A stretch of DNA of 46,594 bases, from NCBI GenBank assembly GCA_021816745.1, contig JAKAWY010000003.1, positions 1-46,594 on the forward strand, written 5' to 3'. The translations under genes and the position numbers were made by a program. The notes below the pieces were generated by a model that was given only the letters and a program-made list of their open reading frames with translations, was not told the origin of the DNA and made no database searches. Positions 10,706-19,047 of this stretch are shown one piece after another (the stretch's first letter is position 1; each line of letters starts with the position of its first letter). The DNA is from Thermoplasmata archaeon. Its GTDB lineage: Archaea > Thermoplasmatota > Thermoplasmata > Thermoplasmatales > Thermoplasmataceae.

Positions 10706-12409
10706 TTGGATCACAAATGGAATGAGTCAAAGGAAGTTGTGGAAAGGCTTGGGTTTCTTGCACTAGGTGCTGTGATTCTGATTCTTCCCAATGGGCTCTA
10801 TTCAGACACAGGCTACACGTCTTTCCCTTCAATAATACTGGAACTTTTCGCATATATTGTCGGGTTCCTGATTATACTCTATGCACTCATATCCCCCAAT
10901 TCAAAAAAGGATAACGGGAATAGACTTGTATTCATCATGCTGGCCTCCATGGGTACAGTGACTCTCCTGTATTTCTTCTATGGAATAGCGGTTAAACATA
11001 GTGTTACGGATGAAACTTTCATCGATATGACAGCTGCAAAAAATTTCCTTGCAATGATTAACCCATACGGGTTCCGCATTCCAATCTCCACATTTAATCA
11101 GAATGGTGTACCGCTTTCTTATCTTACCCCAACTCTTGCAGGTGGATTCGTAAATACACTGGGATACCCCTCCCTGTCATTCCTGATGCTTGTTCCTATG
11201 GTGTTATTGCATCTGAATCCTGTATTGTTGACGGTTCTGTTCTCATCTCTTCTTCTCTTTACTATCGGTCTGAGGTACATGAAAAGCAGTGTCAGATATG
11301 CTTCTCCTTTGGCTATATCGATTTCACTCCTGAATCTTAACGTGATATTCTTTTCACTGAACGGGATAAATGACGTAGTCTGGGCAGAATTTTTGGCGTT
11401 GTCTATTATTTTTATCAATAGAAAATATGCTGGAGGTCTGTTTTTTGGGCTTTCCCTTGCATATAAACAGGTACCTGTCTTCCTGATGCCCTTCTTTATG
11501 GTTTATTTGCTTAAAACACACGGGTGGAAGAGAATGTTACAGTTTGTTTTTTCATCCATTGTTACATTTCTTATATTCAATCTGCCATTTATCATATGGT
11601 CTCCTTCCACTTATTTCTCTGCAGTGCTGTCACCAGAAAGCACCTCCCTTTTAGGAATTGGCTTTGGGCCTTCCCAACTGGCATTTGCAGGATATCTTCC
11701 ATTTGTAGGTGAAAAAGTTTTCCAGTATACAGAAGTGGCAGTTTTTATAATTCTTATTCTTCTTTATTATATAAATTTCCAGAAGTTGAAATATGTCATG
11801 ACTGCACTTCCACTCATCTTTTTCCTGTTTAATTACAGGCTTCTGGAGAATTATGTCCTTTTCTGGCCGATCCTTTCCCTACTGATTATTCCACAGATTA
11901 TTGAAGATCATGATGCAAATCCTGAACCTCGGACTGTGGAAAATAAAAATGTAATGAAAATCTTTACAGACAGGAGGAAAACGGTAATATCTGCTGCTTT
12001 GGTTATCCTGCTTGTTCTGGTTCCCATATCCGCTTCTATGGTAAGCATGGAATCCTACAACCCTTCTTTTACAATTATATCTGTTTCCGGGAAAACCACT
12101 ACTACTGAACTCCAGAGCATGACAGTGGAAGTTCAAATGAAATCCCCTGTAAGCAATGGCACGTATAATTTCCGTGTCCTGACAGGTGGCCCCCTCTTTT
12201 TCCCAAACGGGTATCTGTGGAATGTCACATCTCTAAAATATATGCCAGGTAACACCGTGAAATTCCACATTCAATCATACAATTCCACCCAGGGAATCGT
12301 AAAAGGCAAAAGTTACATCCTCGAGATATACTCTGTTAATTCGTCAGGATGGATTGAATTTGTTTACAACGGCAATAATGTGTCATTTAACAATGTTCAA
12401 TGGTACTGA
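10706..12409 (+). CDS. second large polytopic membrane protein with sequon-rich C-terminal domain (possible GT-C-type glycosyltransferase)
   Basis: 567 aa. Starts with TTG immediately after the stop of the previous gene, suggesting translational coupling. Multi-helix N-terminal region; the C-terminal ~150 aa has NGTY, NVTS, NSTQ, NSSG and NVSFNN sequons. Confidence 0.5.
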   Translation: MDHKWNESKEVVERLGFLALGAVILILPNGLYSDTGYTSFPSIILELFAYIVGFLIILYALISPNSKKDNGNRLVFIMLASMGTVTLLYFFYGIAVKHSVTDETFIDMTAAKNFLAMINPYGFRIPISTFNQNGVPLSYLTPTLAGGFVNTLGYPSLSFLMLVPMVLLHLNPVLLTVLFSSLLLFTIGLRYMKSSVRYASPLAISISLLNLNVIFFSLNGINDVVWAEFLALSIIFINRKYAGGLFFGLSLAYKQVPVFLMPFFMVYLLKTHGWKRMLQFVFSSIVTFLIFNLPFIIWSPSTYFSAVLSPESTSLLGIGFGPSQLAFAGYLPFVGEKVFQYTEVAVFIILILLYYINFQKLKYVMTALPLIFFLFNYRLLENYVLFWPILSLLIIPQIIEDHDANPEPRTVENKNVMKIFTDRRKTVISAALVILLVLVPISASMVSMESYNPSFTIISVSGKTTTTELQSMTVEVQMKSPVSNGTYNFRVLTGGPLFFPNGYLWNVTSLKYMPGNTVKFHIQSYNSTQGIVKGKSYILEIYSVNSSGWIEFVYNGNNVSFNNVQWY

Positions 12410-12574
12410 TTTTTTAAAAATATTTAAAGAGAATTGATCGAGTGTATAGACAATATTTCTTATTTTTAGAATTTTTTAAACTAAAACCGATTCTATATAA
12501 ATAAAATTGAAAGGTTTATTAATAGTGGTTTTACAAAGTGTAGACATTAGACAGACACACCCGGTAAAAAAACC

Positions 12575-12590
12575 AAATGTTTATATACAG
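12575..12590 (+). promoter_or_regulatory. archaeal TATA-box candidate for the 12609 gene
   Basis: TTTATATA at 12580..12587, about 25 nt upstream of the ATG at 12609, fitting a leaderless archaeal promoter geometry. Confidence 0.4.
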
Positions 12591-12608
12591 CTAAAATAAT
12601 ACTACACT

Positions 12609-13007
12609 ATGATCCCGGATGCCAAGGACATTAAAATTACACTTAGGATATCAGAGGAGGATTTGGATCAGATCGATTCCTTCCTTGAAGAAAATCCAAA
12701 ACACGGTAACAGATCAGAATTTTTAAGGAATTGTGCACTGGATTCCATTTCAAGGATAAAAAATTTTAAGGGCGATGGCCAGGCAGGCCCAAAATTCACT
12801 GATCGCGAAAACATGATCATGGAAAAAATGATCGACATGGGATACTATTACAACATGGATGACGTAGTCAGATCCATAGTGGATTATTGTTTTGATACAG
12901 GCGTAATAAAAGCAATTTTTGAGGACAAAATAAACAGGTTCAACCAGATAGAGAACTCCATCTCAAGGGGTTTCAGCATCAGGGAAGAGAAAGTTGGGAG
13001 GTTATGA
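12609..13007 (+). CDS. ribbon-helix-helix (RHH)-like DNA-binding protein with C-terminal extension
   Basis: The N-terminus KITLRISEEDLDQIDSFLEENPKHGNRSEFLRNCALDSI has the beta-strand/helix/helix pattern of Arc/MetJ/CopG-type RHH regulators. 132 aa. Confidence 0.45.
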   Translation: MIPDAKDIKITLRISEEDLDQIDSFLEENPKHGNRSEFLRNCALDSISRIKNFKGDGQAGPKFTDRENMIMEKMIDMGYYYNMDDVVRSIVDYCFDTGVIKAIFEDKINRFNQIENSISRGFSIREEKVGRL

Positions 13008-13762
13008 AATTGGAAGTTAGTGAAAGAGTCCGCGAAAGTAGCAGGAGCATACCATATCAGATGGATCCCTCAGCTATATTCAGCATATATAACGGAATGT
13101 CCATCCTGGTTCTTGGAAACAAAATGGAGAACGTTTTCAGGAAATTGACCGAGAAGGTAAAATCTGGTGAACTCAATACCAGGACTGGAATTTACTTTGT
13201 CAGGGATGTCCAGACAAATTCATTCTCCAGCAGGGGCCCCATAAGGGGATATATGAGCACATCCAAGAACGATCTTTACAGGGAGAGTGAAATGATCACG
13301 CTTCTTAACGAAGATGGAACTGAAATGGATGAAGAAATTGAGGAGATCAAAAACCCTGATGTAAAGATCATGGCCCTGGAGGACATCGTTTCAGATTCAG
13401 ATTTCAGGAAAGGAGCTGAACTGGTTGCAGGACTGGTGGACAGAACATGTGCAACCATCATTGTGAGTGACTTTGATGATGACTTCGCAAGAAAGATTCA
13501 CGCTTCGCTGGTTACCAAGATACCTGTGACAAGAGAGGCTACTGCATCCTTTGTCATAAGGAACAGGGACATTTCAAAATCCAACGTAGAGGCCATAACC
13601 CTGATCAACAGCATCAAGGCGCGTATGGACAATTTCATGGTCATCGAAAAGAAGAGCCTCATGACCAGAATACCTGTTATGGAGAACGCCAGGGAAGAAC
13701 TGGAAGTCAAAATTATTAAAAACGTAGTGGATTTCATGGACCAGGTTCCTAGCCTGGTCTGA
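13004..13762 (+). CDS. hypothetical acidic protein, co-transcribed with the RHH gene
   Basis: 252-aa ORF whose start overlaps the upstream stop by 4 nt (ATGA). No recognisable motif. Acidic segments (EDGTEMDEEIEEIKNPD, DFDDDF). Confidence 0.45.
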   Translation: MKLEVSERVRESSRSIPYQMDPSAIFSIYNGMSILVLGNKMENVFRKLTEKVKSGELNTRTGIYFVRDVQTNSFSSRGPIRGYMSTSKNDLYRESEMITLLNEDGTEMDEEIEEIKNPDVKIMALEDIVSDSDFRKGAELVAGLVDRTCATIIVSDFDDDFARKIHASLVTKIPVTREATASFVIRNRDISKSNVEAITLINSIKARMDNFMVIEKKSLMTRIPVMENAREELEVKIIKNVVDFMDQVPSLV

Positions 13763-14254
13763 TTATTTTATTATAGAGTTCCTGATTTCTTCAAGGCTCA
13801 TGGTTCTTTCACAGTACTGGCAACGGTAATTGTTTCTGCTTCCTGTTTTTTCCCTTTTAAAAACTGACTTGACAGGTTCCTTGGCATTGGTAATGCAGTT
13901 CTGGTTCTGGCATTTTATCAGGTCTTCAACATTTTCAGGAAGAGATACCCTGAATTTCTCAGTGATTGCGAACTTTTCCACAATGTTTATGGTGGCATCA
14001 GGGGAAACCATGCTGATGAGATCCAGCTCTTTTTTCTTGAGAATTTTCTTTTCAATCTTCACAATGTCTTTCAGGGAACCGTTACTTGACCTGACATTCA
14101 TGAGCATACTTACAGTGAATCCGGATCTGCTTGTGATCTTGAGCACTGAAAGCACTTCCATGGCTGAGCCAGCCTTTATGTGATCAATGACTATCCCATC
14201 CTCTATTTTTGAAATTTTTAGGGTTTTTTCCTCAGTCAAATCAGGCACCTCCAA
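13763..14254 (-). CDS. pyrI: aspartate carbamoyltransferase regulatory subunit
   Basis: Size (163 aa), position immediately downstream of pyrB, and the C-terminal zinc domain CQNQNC…CQYC (C-x4-C…C-x2-C) typical of PyrI. Confidence 0.85.
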   Translation of the reverse strand: MEVPDLTEEKTLKISKIEDGIVIDHIKAGSAMEVLSVLKITSRSGFTVSMLMNVRSSNGSLKDIVKIEKKILKKKELDLISMVSPDATINIVEKFAITEKFRVSLPENVEDLIKCQNQNCITNAKEPVKSVFKREKTGSRNNYRCQYCERTMSLEEIRNSIIK

Positions 14255-15161
14255 GAATCATGTCTATCAAAGCCATACGAACGTACACACCATTTTCAGC
14301 CTGCTTAAAATAAAAGGCCCTGGGATCCCTGTCAACATCAGGGCTTATTTCATCAACCCTGGGAAGAGGGTGCATTATAATGGCATTCTTCTTCATCTTC
14401 GAAACCGTTTCCGGATCAAAGGAATATGAACCAATTACCTTGGCATAATCGTTCAGATCCACAAAACGTTCCTTCTGAATCCTGGTAACATAAAACACGT
14501 CAGTTTTTTCAAGAATTGGGTTTATATCAGTTCCTTTGGTGACCTTTTCCGGATGATCAAGAGTGGAAAGAATATGATCAGGCATTTCCAGAGACTCAGG
14601 TGAAATAAGTGTTATGGTGGTGTCGAATCTGTTCAGGGCCCTAAGGAGTGAATGGACAGTTCTTCCATACTTCAGGTCACCGACCATGGAAATGTTCAAA
14701 TCATCCAGGGACTTGAATTTCTCCCAGATGGTAAAAAGATCAAGGAGAGTCTGTGTTGGATGCTGGCCCGAACCGTCGCCTCCATTCAATACAGGGACAG
14801 AAGAAAATTCTGAGGCAAGTCTTGCAGCTCCTTCCATAGGATGCCTCATGGCTATGATATCTGAATATGAGGAAGCCATCCTGATGGTATCAGCCAGAGT
14901 TTCTCCCTTTGAAGCTGAACTGCTCTTTGGCTCAGACACAGAAATGACGCCGCCTCCCAGCCTGTGCATGGCACTTTCAAAGGAAAGCCTGGTCCTGGTG
15001 CTGGGCTCAAAGAATAAAGTTGCCATGATTTTTCCGTCCATGGTCTTTATTTTTTCCCCCTTTGAAAGTTTCTGCTTGAAGCTTGATGCTCTTTCAAAAA
15101 CCCTAAAAATATCATCGTTTGAAATGTCGCCAATACTGACAACACTCTTTTTTGTTAGCAT
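14241..15161 (-). CDS. pyrB: aspartate carbamoyltransferase catalytic subunit
   Basis: Carbamoyl-phosphate binding STRTR, aspartate-binding HPTQ and HPLP motifs are all present. 306 aa; overlaps pyrI by 14 nt. Confidence 0.9.
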   Translation of the reverse strand: MLTKKSVVSIGDISNDDIFRVFERASSFKQKLSKGEKIKTMDGKIMATLFFEPSTRTRLSFESAMHRLGGGVISVSEPKSSSASKGETLADTIRMASSYSDIIAMRHPMEGAARLASEFSSVPVLNGGDGSGQHPTQTLLDLFTIWEKFKSLDDLNISMVGDLKYGRTVHSLLRALNRFDTTITLISPESLEMPDHILSTLDHPEKVTKGTDINPILEKTDVFYVTRIQKERFVDLNDYAKVIGSYSFDPETVSKMKKNAIIMHPLPRVDEISPDVDRDPRAFYFKQAENGVYVRMALIDMILGGA

Positions 15162-15353
15162 TAAAAATTAAGATGCATGTGAAATATATAACTATTCTCA
15201 ATAGGTGGAAAACAACCTGCGTGCTTGAAGTTTATCTTATATTTTAATAATAACCTGGAGAAATTTAACCATTATTTCTTATACAGTTAAATTAATAAAT
15301 TCATTCTTAAAAAATAACAAAAGTGTTAAAATCCCCATAAGTAATAGATAAAG

Positions 15354-16079
15354 ATGAAAAATCAGGATATGGTTCTGATTCCAGGTGCATGGTTGGGATC
15401 GTGGGCATGGGATAAAGTAAATCCCCTGCTTTCCAAAAATGGATTCAATCCCCATCCATTGACACTTTCTTCCATGGCTGACAGGAAACATCTGATTTCT
15501 GAAAATATAGGAATGGAAACTGTCATCAACGATGTTATTAATTATATAGAATACAGGGACCTGGATCAGATAGTACTGGTGGGGCACAGCTTTGCAGGAA
15601 AAGTTGCAGCAGCTGTCACTGATCGTATACCTGATAAAATCAGTTACACCTTATACATAGATGCATTTATTCCGGATGATAGCACAAAGCCACAGGGCAT
15701 ATTTAATCCAGTGGAAGAGTATGGGAAGAGTGAGCTTGGCCTGTATGGAATAAAATTCAGTGAAAAAATCATAGAGATGATCGGAAGGGACGTCAAGGGG
15801 AAAGACAGGGAATTGATGCTCAGGAAAGGAACAGAATGGCCACTGAAACTTGCAACTGATCCAGTTGTACTTACAGGAAATTACAAGAAAGTTAAAGAAG
15901 CCTATATTTTCTGCCTTCTGCCGGAGAAGGGTAAATCCGTGGAGGAAATATATAAAAGTATAAAGGGTGAGATAGACACGCTGAGAGGAAAGCACAGGAT
16001 TATGGAATCCGGGCACTGGCCCATGATTTCCAAACCGGATGAGCTTACAAAACTTATGCTGGAACTCCTTGCATCCTGA
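15354..16079 (+). CDS. alpha/beta-hydrolase fold esterase (methylesterase/SABP2-like)
   Basis: Oxyanion-region LIPGAWLGSWAWDKV and nucleophile elbow GHSFAG (GxSxG). 241 aa. Confidence 0.7.
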   Translation: MKNQDMVLIPGAWLGSWAWDKVNPLLSKNGFNPHPLTLSSMADRKHLISENIGMETVINDVINYIEYRDLDQIVLVGHSFAGKVAAAVTDRIPDKISYTLYIDAFIPDDSTKPQGIFNPVEEYGKSELGLYGIKFSEKIIEMIGRDVKGKDRELMLRKGTEWPLKLATDPVVLTGNYKKVKEAYIFCLLPEKGKSVEEIYKSIKGEIDTLRGKHRIMESGHWPMISKPDELTKLMLELLAS

Positions 16080-16096
16080 TCTTTATCTCCTTGAAG

Positions 16097-17215
16097 TCAA
16101 GATGACTGGATTACTGCGTCATATACCTCTTTTCTCATAATCTCAGGTTCAGGGATCCTTTTTTCCGAGAAGATAGATCTCACCATGGTTCCGCTGAATC
16201 TTTTCCTGTCTTTTTCAGGGTGCGGGCAGATGGTTTCATCAGTTATTTCAGCACAGGATTTGCAGTGGAATGCTTCATTCATGTATATGGGGGTTATGCC
16301 AAGTTTTTCTATTCCTGAAACATATTTCCATGCATCGTAGGGCCCATAGAAGTTTCCCACCCCTGCATGATCCCTGCCAATAATGAAGTGTGTGCATCCA
16401 AGATTCTTCCTGATTATGGCGTGCATCAGTGCCTCCCTGGGGCCAGCGTATTCCATAACATAGTTAAGAGGATGCAGTACAGTTCTCTCAGAAGGAAGAT
16501 AGTTGGATATGTAGGCCTCATAACCATTTACAATCTGTTTATCGTTGAAATCCCCTGTTTTTTTCTGTCCGACCACAGGAGTCAGGATAAGTCCATTTGT
16601 TATTTTCAATGCCGATTTATGCAGATATTCATGTCCGCGGTGAGGCGGATTTCTGGTCTGGAATCCAGTGATGGTTTTGAATCCACGCTTTTGAAATTCA
16701 TCCCGTGTCATTGAAGGATCAATCTGGGGGTATTTCAGGAATTTATTGGCTCCTGATACCACCTTCAGTTCACCTCCAATAAAATGGTTTCCTGATTCAA
16801 GAGTTCTCCTTACTCCCGGGTGCTCTAAGCTGGCTGTTCCAAAAACATTCCTTGAGTATTTTTCCAGATCCAGGGTATATTTTTCATTAACATTCATAAT
16901 AGCCAAAATGTAATTGTTGAAGTTGAGCGAAACATCATCACCCTCCCTGATATTTCTGTATTCTTCCTCACACAATGGAAAAAGGACAGGTATTGACCAT
17001 GGTGTGCCATCCTGCAATGCAGAATTATTGATAATTGAATCAACTTCTGAACTCAAACTAAATCCTTTCAATGGACTGAAAAGGCCTTTACCAATACTTT
17101 CAACCCTGACCATCTGGTTTTCATCCAGTTTTAAATTAATTTGTGGCGTATCCTCTATGAGACTTTCTGAACCCTGGATGTAAGTCCTCTTTCCTCCATG
17201 ATATTTAGTTTCCAT
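16097..17215 (-). CDS. sat: sulfate adenylyltransferase (ATP sulfurylase)
   Basis: QTRNPPHRGHEYL and GRDHAGVG signature motifs plus an N-terminal YHGG. The start is moved to the internal Met (METKYHGG) so the gene no longer overlaps cysH by ~100 nt; a 5-nt gap remains. Confidence 0.85.
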   Translation of the reverse strand: METKYHGGKRTYIQGSESLIEDTPQINLKLDENQMVRVESIGKGLFSPLKGFSLSSEVDSIINNSALQDGTPWSIPVLFPLCEEEYRNIREGDDVSLNFNNYILAIMNVNEKYTLDLEKYSRNVFGTASLEHPGVRRTLESGNHFIGGELKVVSGANKFLKYPQIDPSMTRDEFQKRGFKTITGFQTRNPPHRGHEYLHKSALKITNGLILTPVVGQKKTGDFNDKQIVNGYEAYISNYLPSERTVLHPLNYVMEYAGPREALMHAIIRKNLGCTHFIIGRDHAGVGNFYGPYDAWKYVSGIEKLGITPIYMNEAFHCKSCAEITDETICPHPEKDRKRFSGTMVRSIFSEKRIPEPEIMRKEVYDAVIQSS

Positions 17216-17912
17216 TATTTCTGGCCCCCGCTGTATTAAGATGAATCCCGCATTCTTTGCTTTCATTCTCCCACCACCACCTGCCATCCCTTTCACCCTC
17301 TCCCACATGAACGGGCCTGGTGCAGGGAAGACATCCTATACTTCTGTACCCTTTCGAATAAAGCTTATTTTCCTCTATCCCCCTGCTTCTTGTGAACTCC
17401 TGGACATCATTATAGGTCCAGTCAAGCAGGGGGTTGATTTTCACAATAGATCCTGTGTTTTCCAATTTTTTCGATCTTGCTCTCAGATTGGTCTGTTCTG
17501 ATCTGATCCCCGTAACCCATGCACTTCTCCCTTCTAAAATTAAATTCATAGGCTTCACTTTCCTCTCATTGCAACAGGCATGCCTCATTTCAGAACTTTG
17601 ATAAAACAGGTTGGGCCCATGGGCTGAAATCAGTTTGCTTAGTGATTCCTGGTCAGGATAAACCATCCTGATCTGAATTTCCATGGACTCTTTCACGTAC
17701 TGGATAAGATCATAAGTTTCCTGCGGCAATCTACCTGTGTCAAGAGTGTAAATATCAATTCCAATTTTATTTTTTTTAAGCAAGTTCAGGATAATCATGT
17801 CTTCCCTGGAAAAACTGCAGAGAAAAACCATTCCTGTTTCATACTCAATATACTGTTCAGAAAGCAGTGTTGAAGCTTCCATTTCCAGATTCCTTAGCCT
17901 GTCTTCAATCAT
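17205..17912 (-). CDS. cysH: APS/PAPS reductase (Fe-S type, CysH family)
   Basis: C-terminal KECGIH (ECGLH motif) plus the Cys pairs HACCN…SIGCLPCT. That pattern is characteristic of the [4Fe-4S] assimilatory APS reductases rather than cluster-free PAPS reductases. Confidence 0.8.
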   Translation of the reverse strand: MIEDRLRNLEMEASTLLSEQYIEYETGMVFLCSFSREDMIILNLLKKNKIGIDIYTLDTGRLPQETYDLIQYVKESMEIQIRMVYPDQESLSKLISAHGPNLFYQSSEMRHACCNERKVKPMNLILEGRSAWVTGIRSEQTNLRARSKKLENTGSIVKINPLLDWTYNDVQEFTRSRGIEENKLYSKGYRSIGCLPCTRPVHVGEGERDGRWWWENESKECGIHLNTAGARNNGN

Positions 17913-18019
17913 ATATATCCAGAAGTTAAATGTGATTTATTTACATATTTAAAGAGGTAATAGGCACAATATTTGCATATATTTCGCATAATTTATATGC
18001 TTTAATAATATGCCAATAA

Positions 18020-19009
18020 ATGGATGGAAACCATCTTTTTTGTGAAGATATAGCCCAAATACCCAAGACTATGGAAAAGCGTAAGGCAGTGACAATGGTT
18101 ATTGATCGATTATCCTATGATCCTTCATTATTGGATGATATTGGTGTTTATGCCACTTATGTGAAAATGGGGTGGGGGCTTTCATTTCTTTTGCAGGAGA
18201 AAGTCCTGGCAAACAGGATCAACAGGTACAAAGGATTAGGGCTGGGAGTTTCAAACGGAGGCACCTTCCTTGAAAAATGCTACCTGATGGGTAAATTTGA
18301 TGATGCATTGGAAAGGCTATACCGTGCAGGTTTTTCATGGCTTGAACTCAGTGAAGGGATAACGAACCTTCCAAGAAAATACAAGAAGAGTTTTACTGAT
18401 TTTGCAAATTCAAAAGGGTTGAATTTTGTGATGGAGGTAGGAAGGAAAAACCAGGGGAGCCAGCTCAGCCTCACTGAAACGCTTGAGGAAATTAGCCAGG
18501 CAATGGAATACGGGCCGTCTAAAATAATTATTGAGGGCAGGGAGACTGGTGTTGGAGTTGAGATATACGACATGGAGGGAAATATAAAATGGGACTGGGT
18601 ACAGGAAATTATATCGAATTATCCCATTGACATGATCATGTTTGAAGCACCACAGGAGAGGCAGCAGGTGGAGCTAATAACACACCTTGGCCCTGATATA
18701 AATCTTGGAAATATTTCCATGTCATCCCTTGCTGCATTGGCCAGCCAGAGGCTTGGCCTGAGGGGGGATACCTTTGGCATTGAAATTTCCACCGGTAATC
18801 TTTCTGCAAGTCCAGCTACTAAGTTTGTCTATCACGTCATTAAAAATTCCATATCTACAGATCAAACACTAATTATGAAAATTACAGGACTGGAAAGAAG
18901 GACTGTGCAGAATTCCATTAAGGAATTGATGGAAAATGGATGGATAGTGGAAAGATCAGATCCAAGGGATATGAGAAGAAAAATTTACGCACAGAAAAGA
19001 AAACCATGA
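18020..19009 (+). CDS. (2R)-phospho-3-sulfolactate synthase (ComA family) fused to a C-terminal winged-helix domain
   Basis: ComA-like motifs along the first ~250 aa (VTMVIDR, KFDDALERL, KIIIEGRETG, IMFEAPQERQQVE, LRGDTFG). The last ~75 aa (KITGLERRTVQNSIKELMENGWIVERSDPRDMRRKIYA) look like a MarR/wHTH DNA-binding domain. Confidence 0.7.
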   Translation: MDGNHLFCEDIAQIPKTMEKRKAVTMVIDRLSYDPSLLDDIGVYATYVKMGWGLSFLLQEKVLANRINRYKGLGLGVSNGGTFLEKCYLMGKFDDALERLYRAGFSWLELSEGITNLPRKYKKSFTDFANSKGLNFVMEVGRKNQGSQLSLTETLEEISQAMEYGPSKIIIEGRETGVGVEIYDMEGNIKWDWVQEIISNYPIDMIMFEAPQERQQVELITHLGPDINLGNISMSSLAALASQRLGLRGDTFGIEISTGNLSASPATKFVYHVIKNSISTDQTLIMKITGLERRTVQNSIKELMENGWIVERSDPRDMRRKIYAQKRKP

Positions 19010-19047
19010 TTTTGCCTCAGATATAGGCTAAAACCTTTTGAGGCATT

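Noticed and set aside
9989-12136. Several 60-100-aa ORFs antisense within the two large membrane-protein genes (9989..10231, 11119..11418, 11879..12136, 11524..11712)
   Set aside because: Embedded in well-supported long genes. No motifs.
13276-15171. Antisense ORFs inside the 13004 gene, pyrI and pyrB (13276..13461, 13498..13737, 13830..14183, 14614..15171)
   Set aside because: pyrB and pyrI have unmistakable motifs on the opposite strand. The antisense frames are Ser/Leu-rich artefacts.
16367-17501. Antisense ORFs within sat and cysH
   Set aside because: The host genes carry the QTRN/GRDHAG and ECGIH signatures. The antisense translations are featureless.
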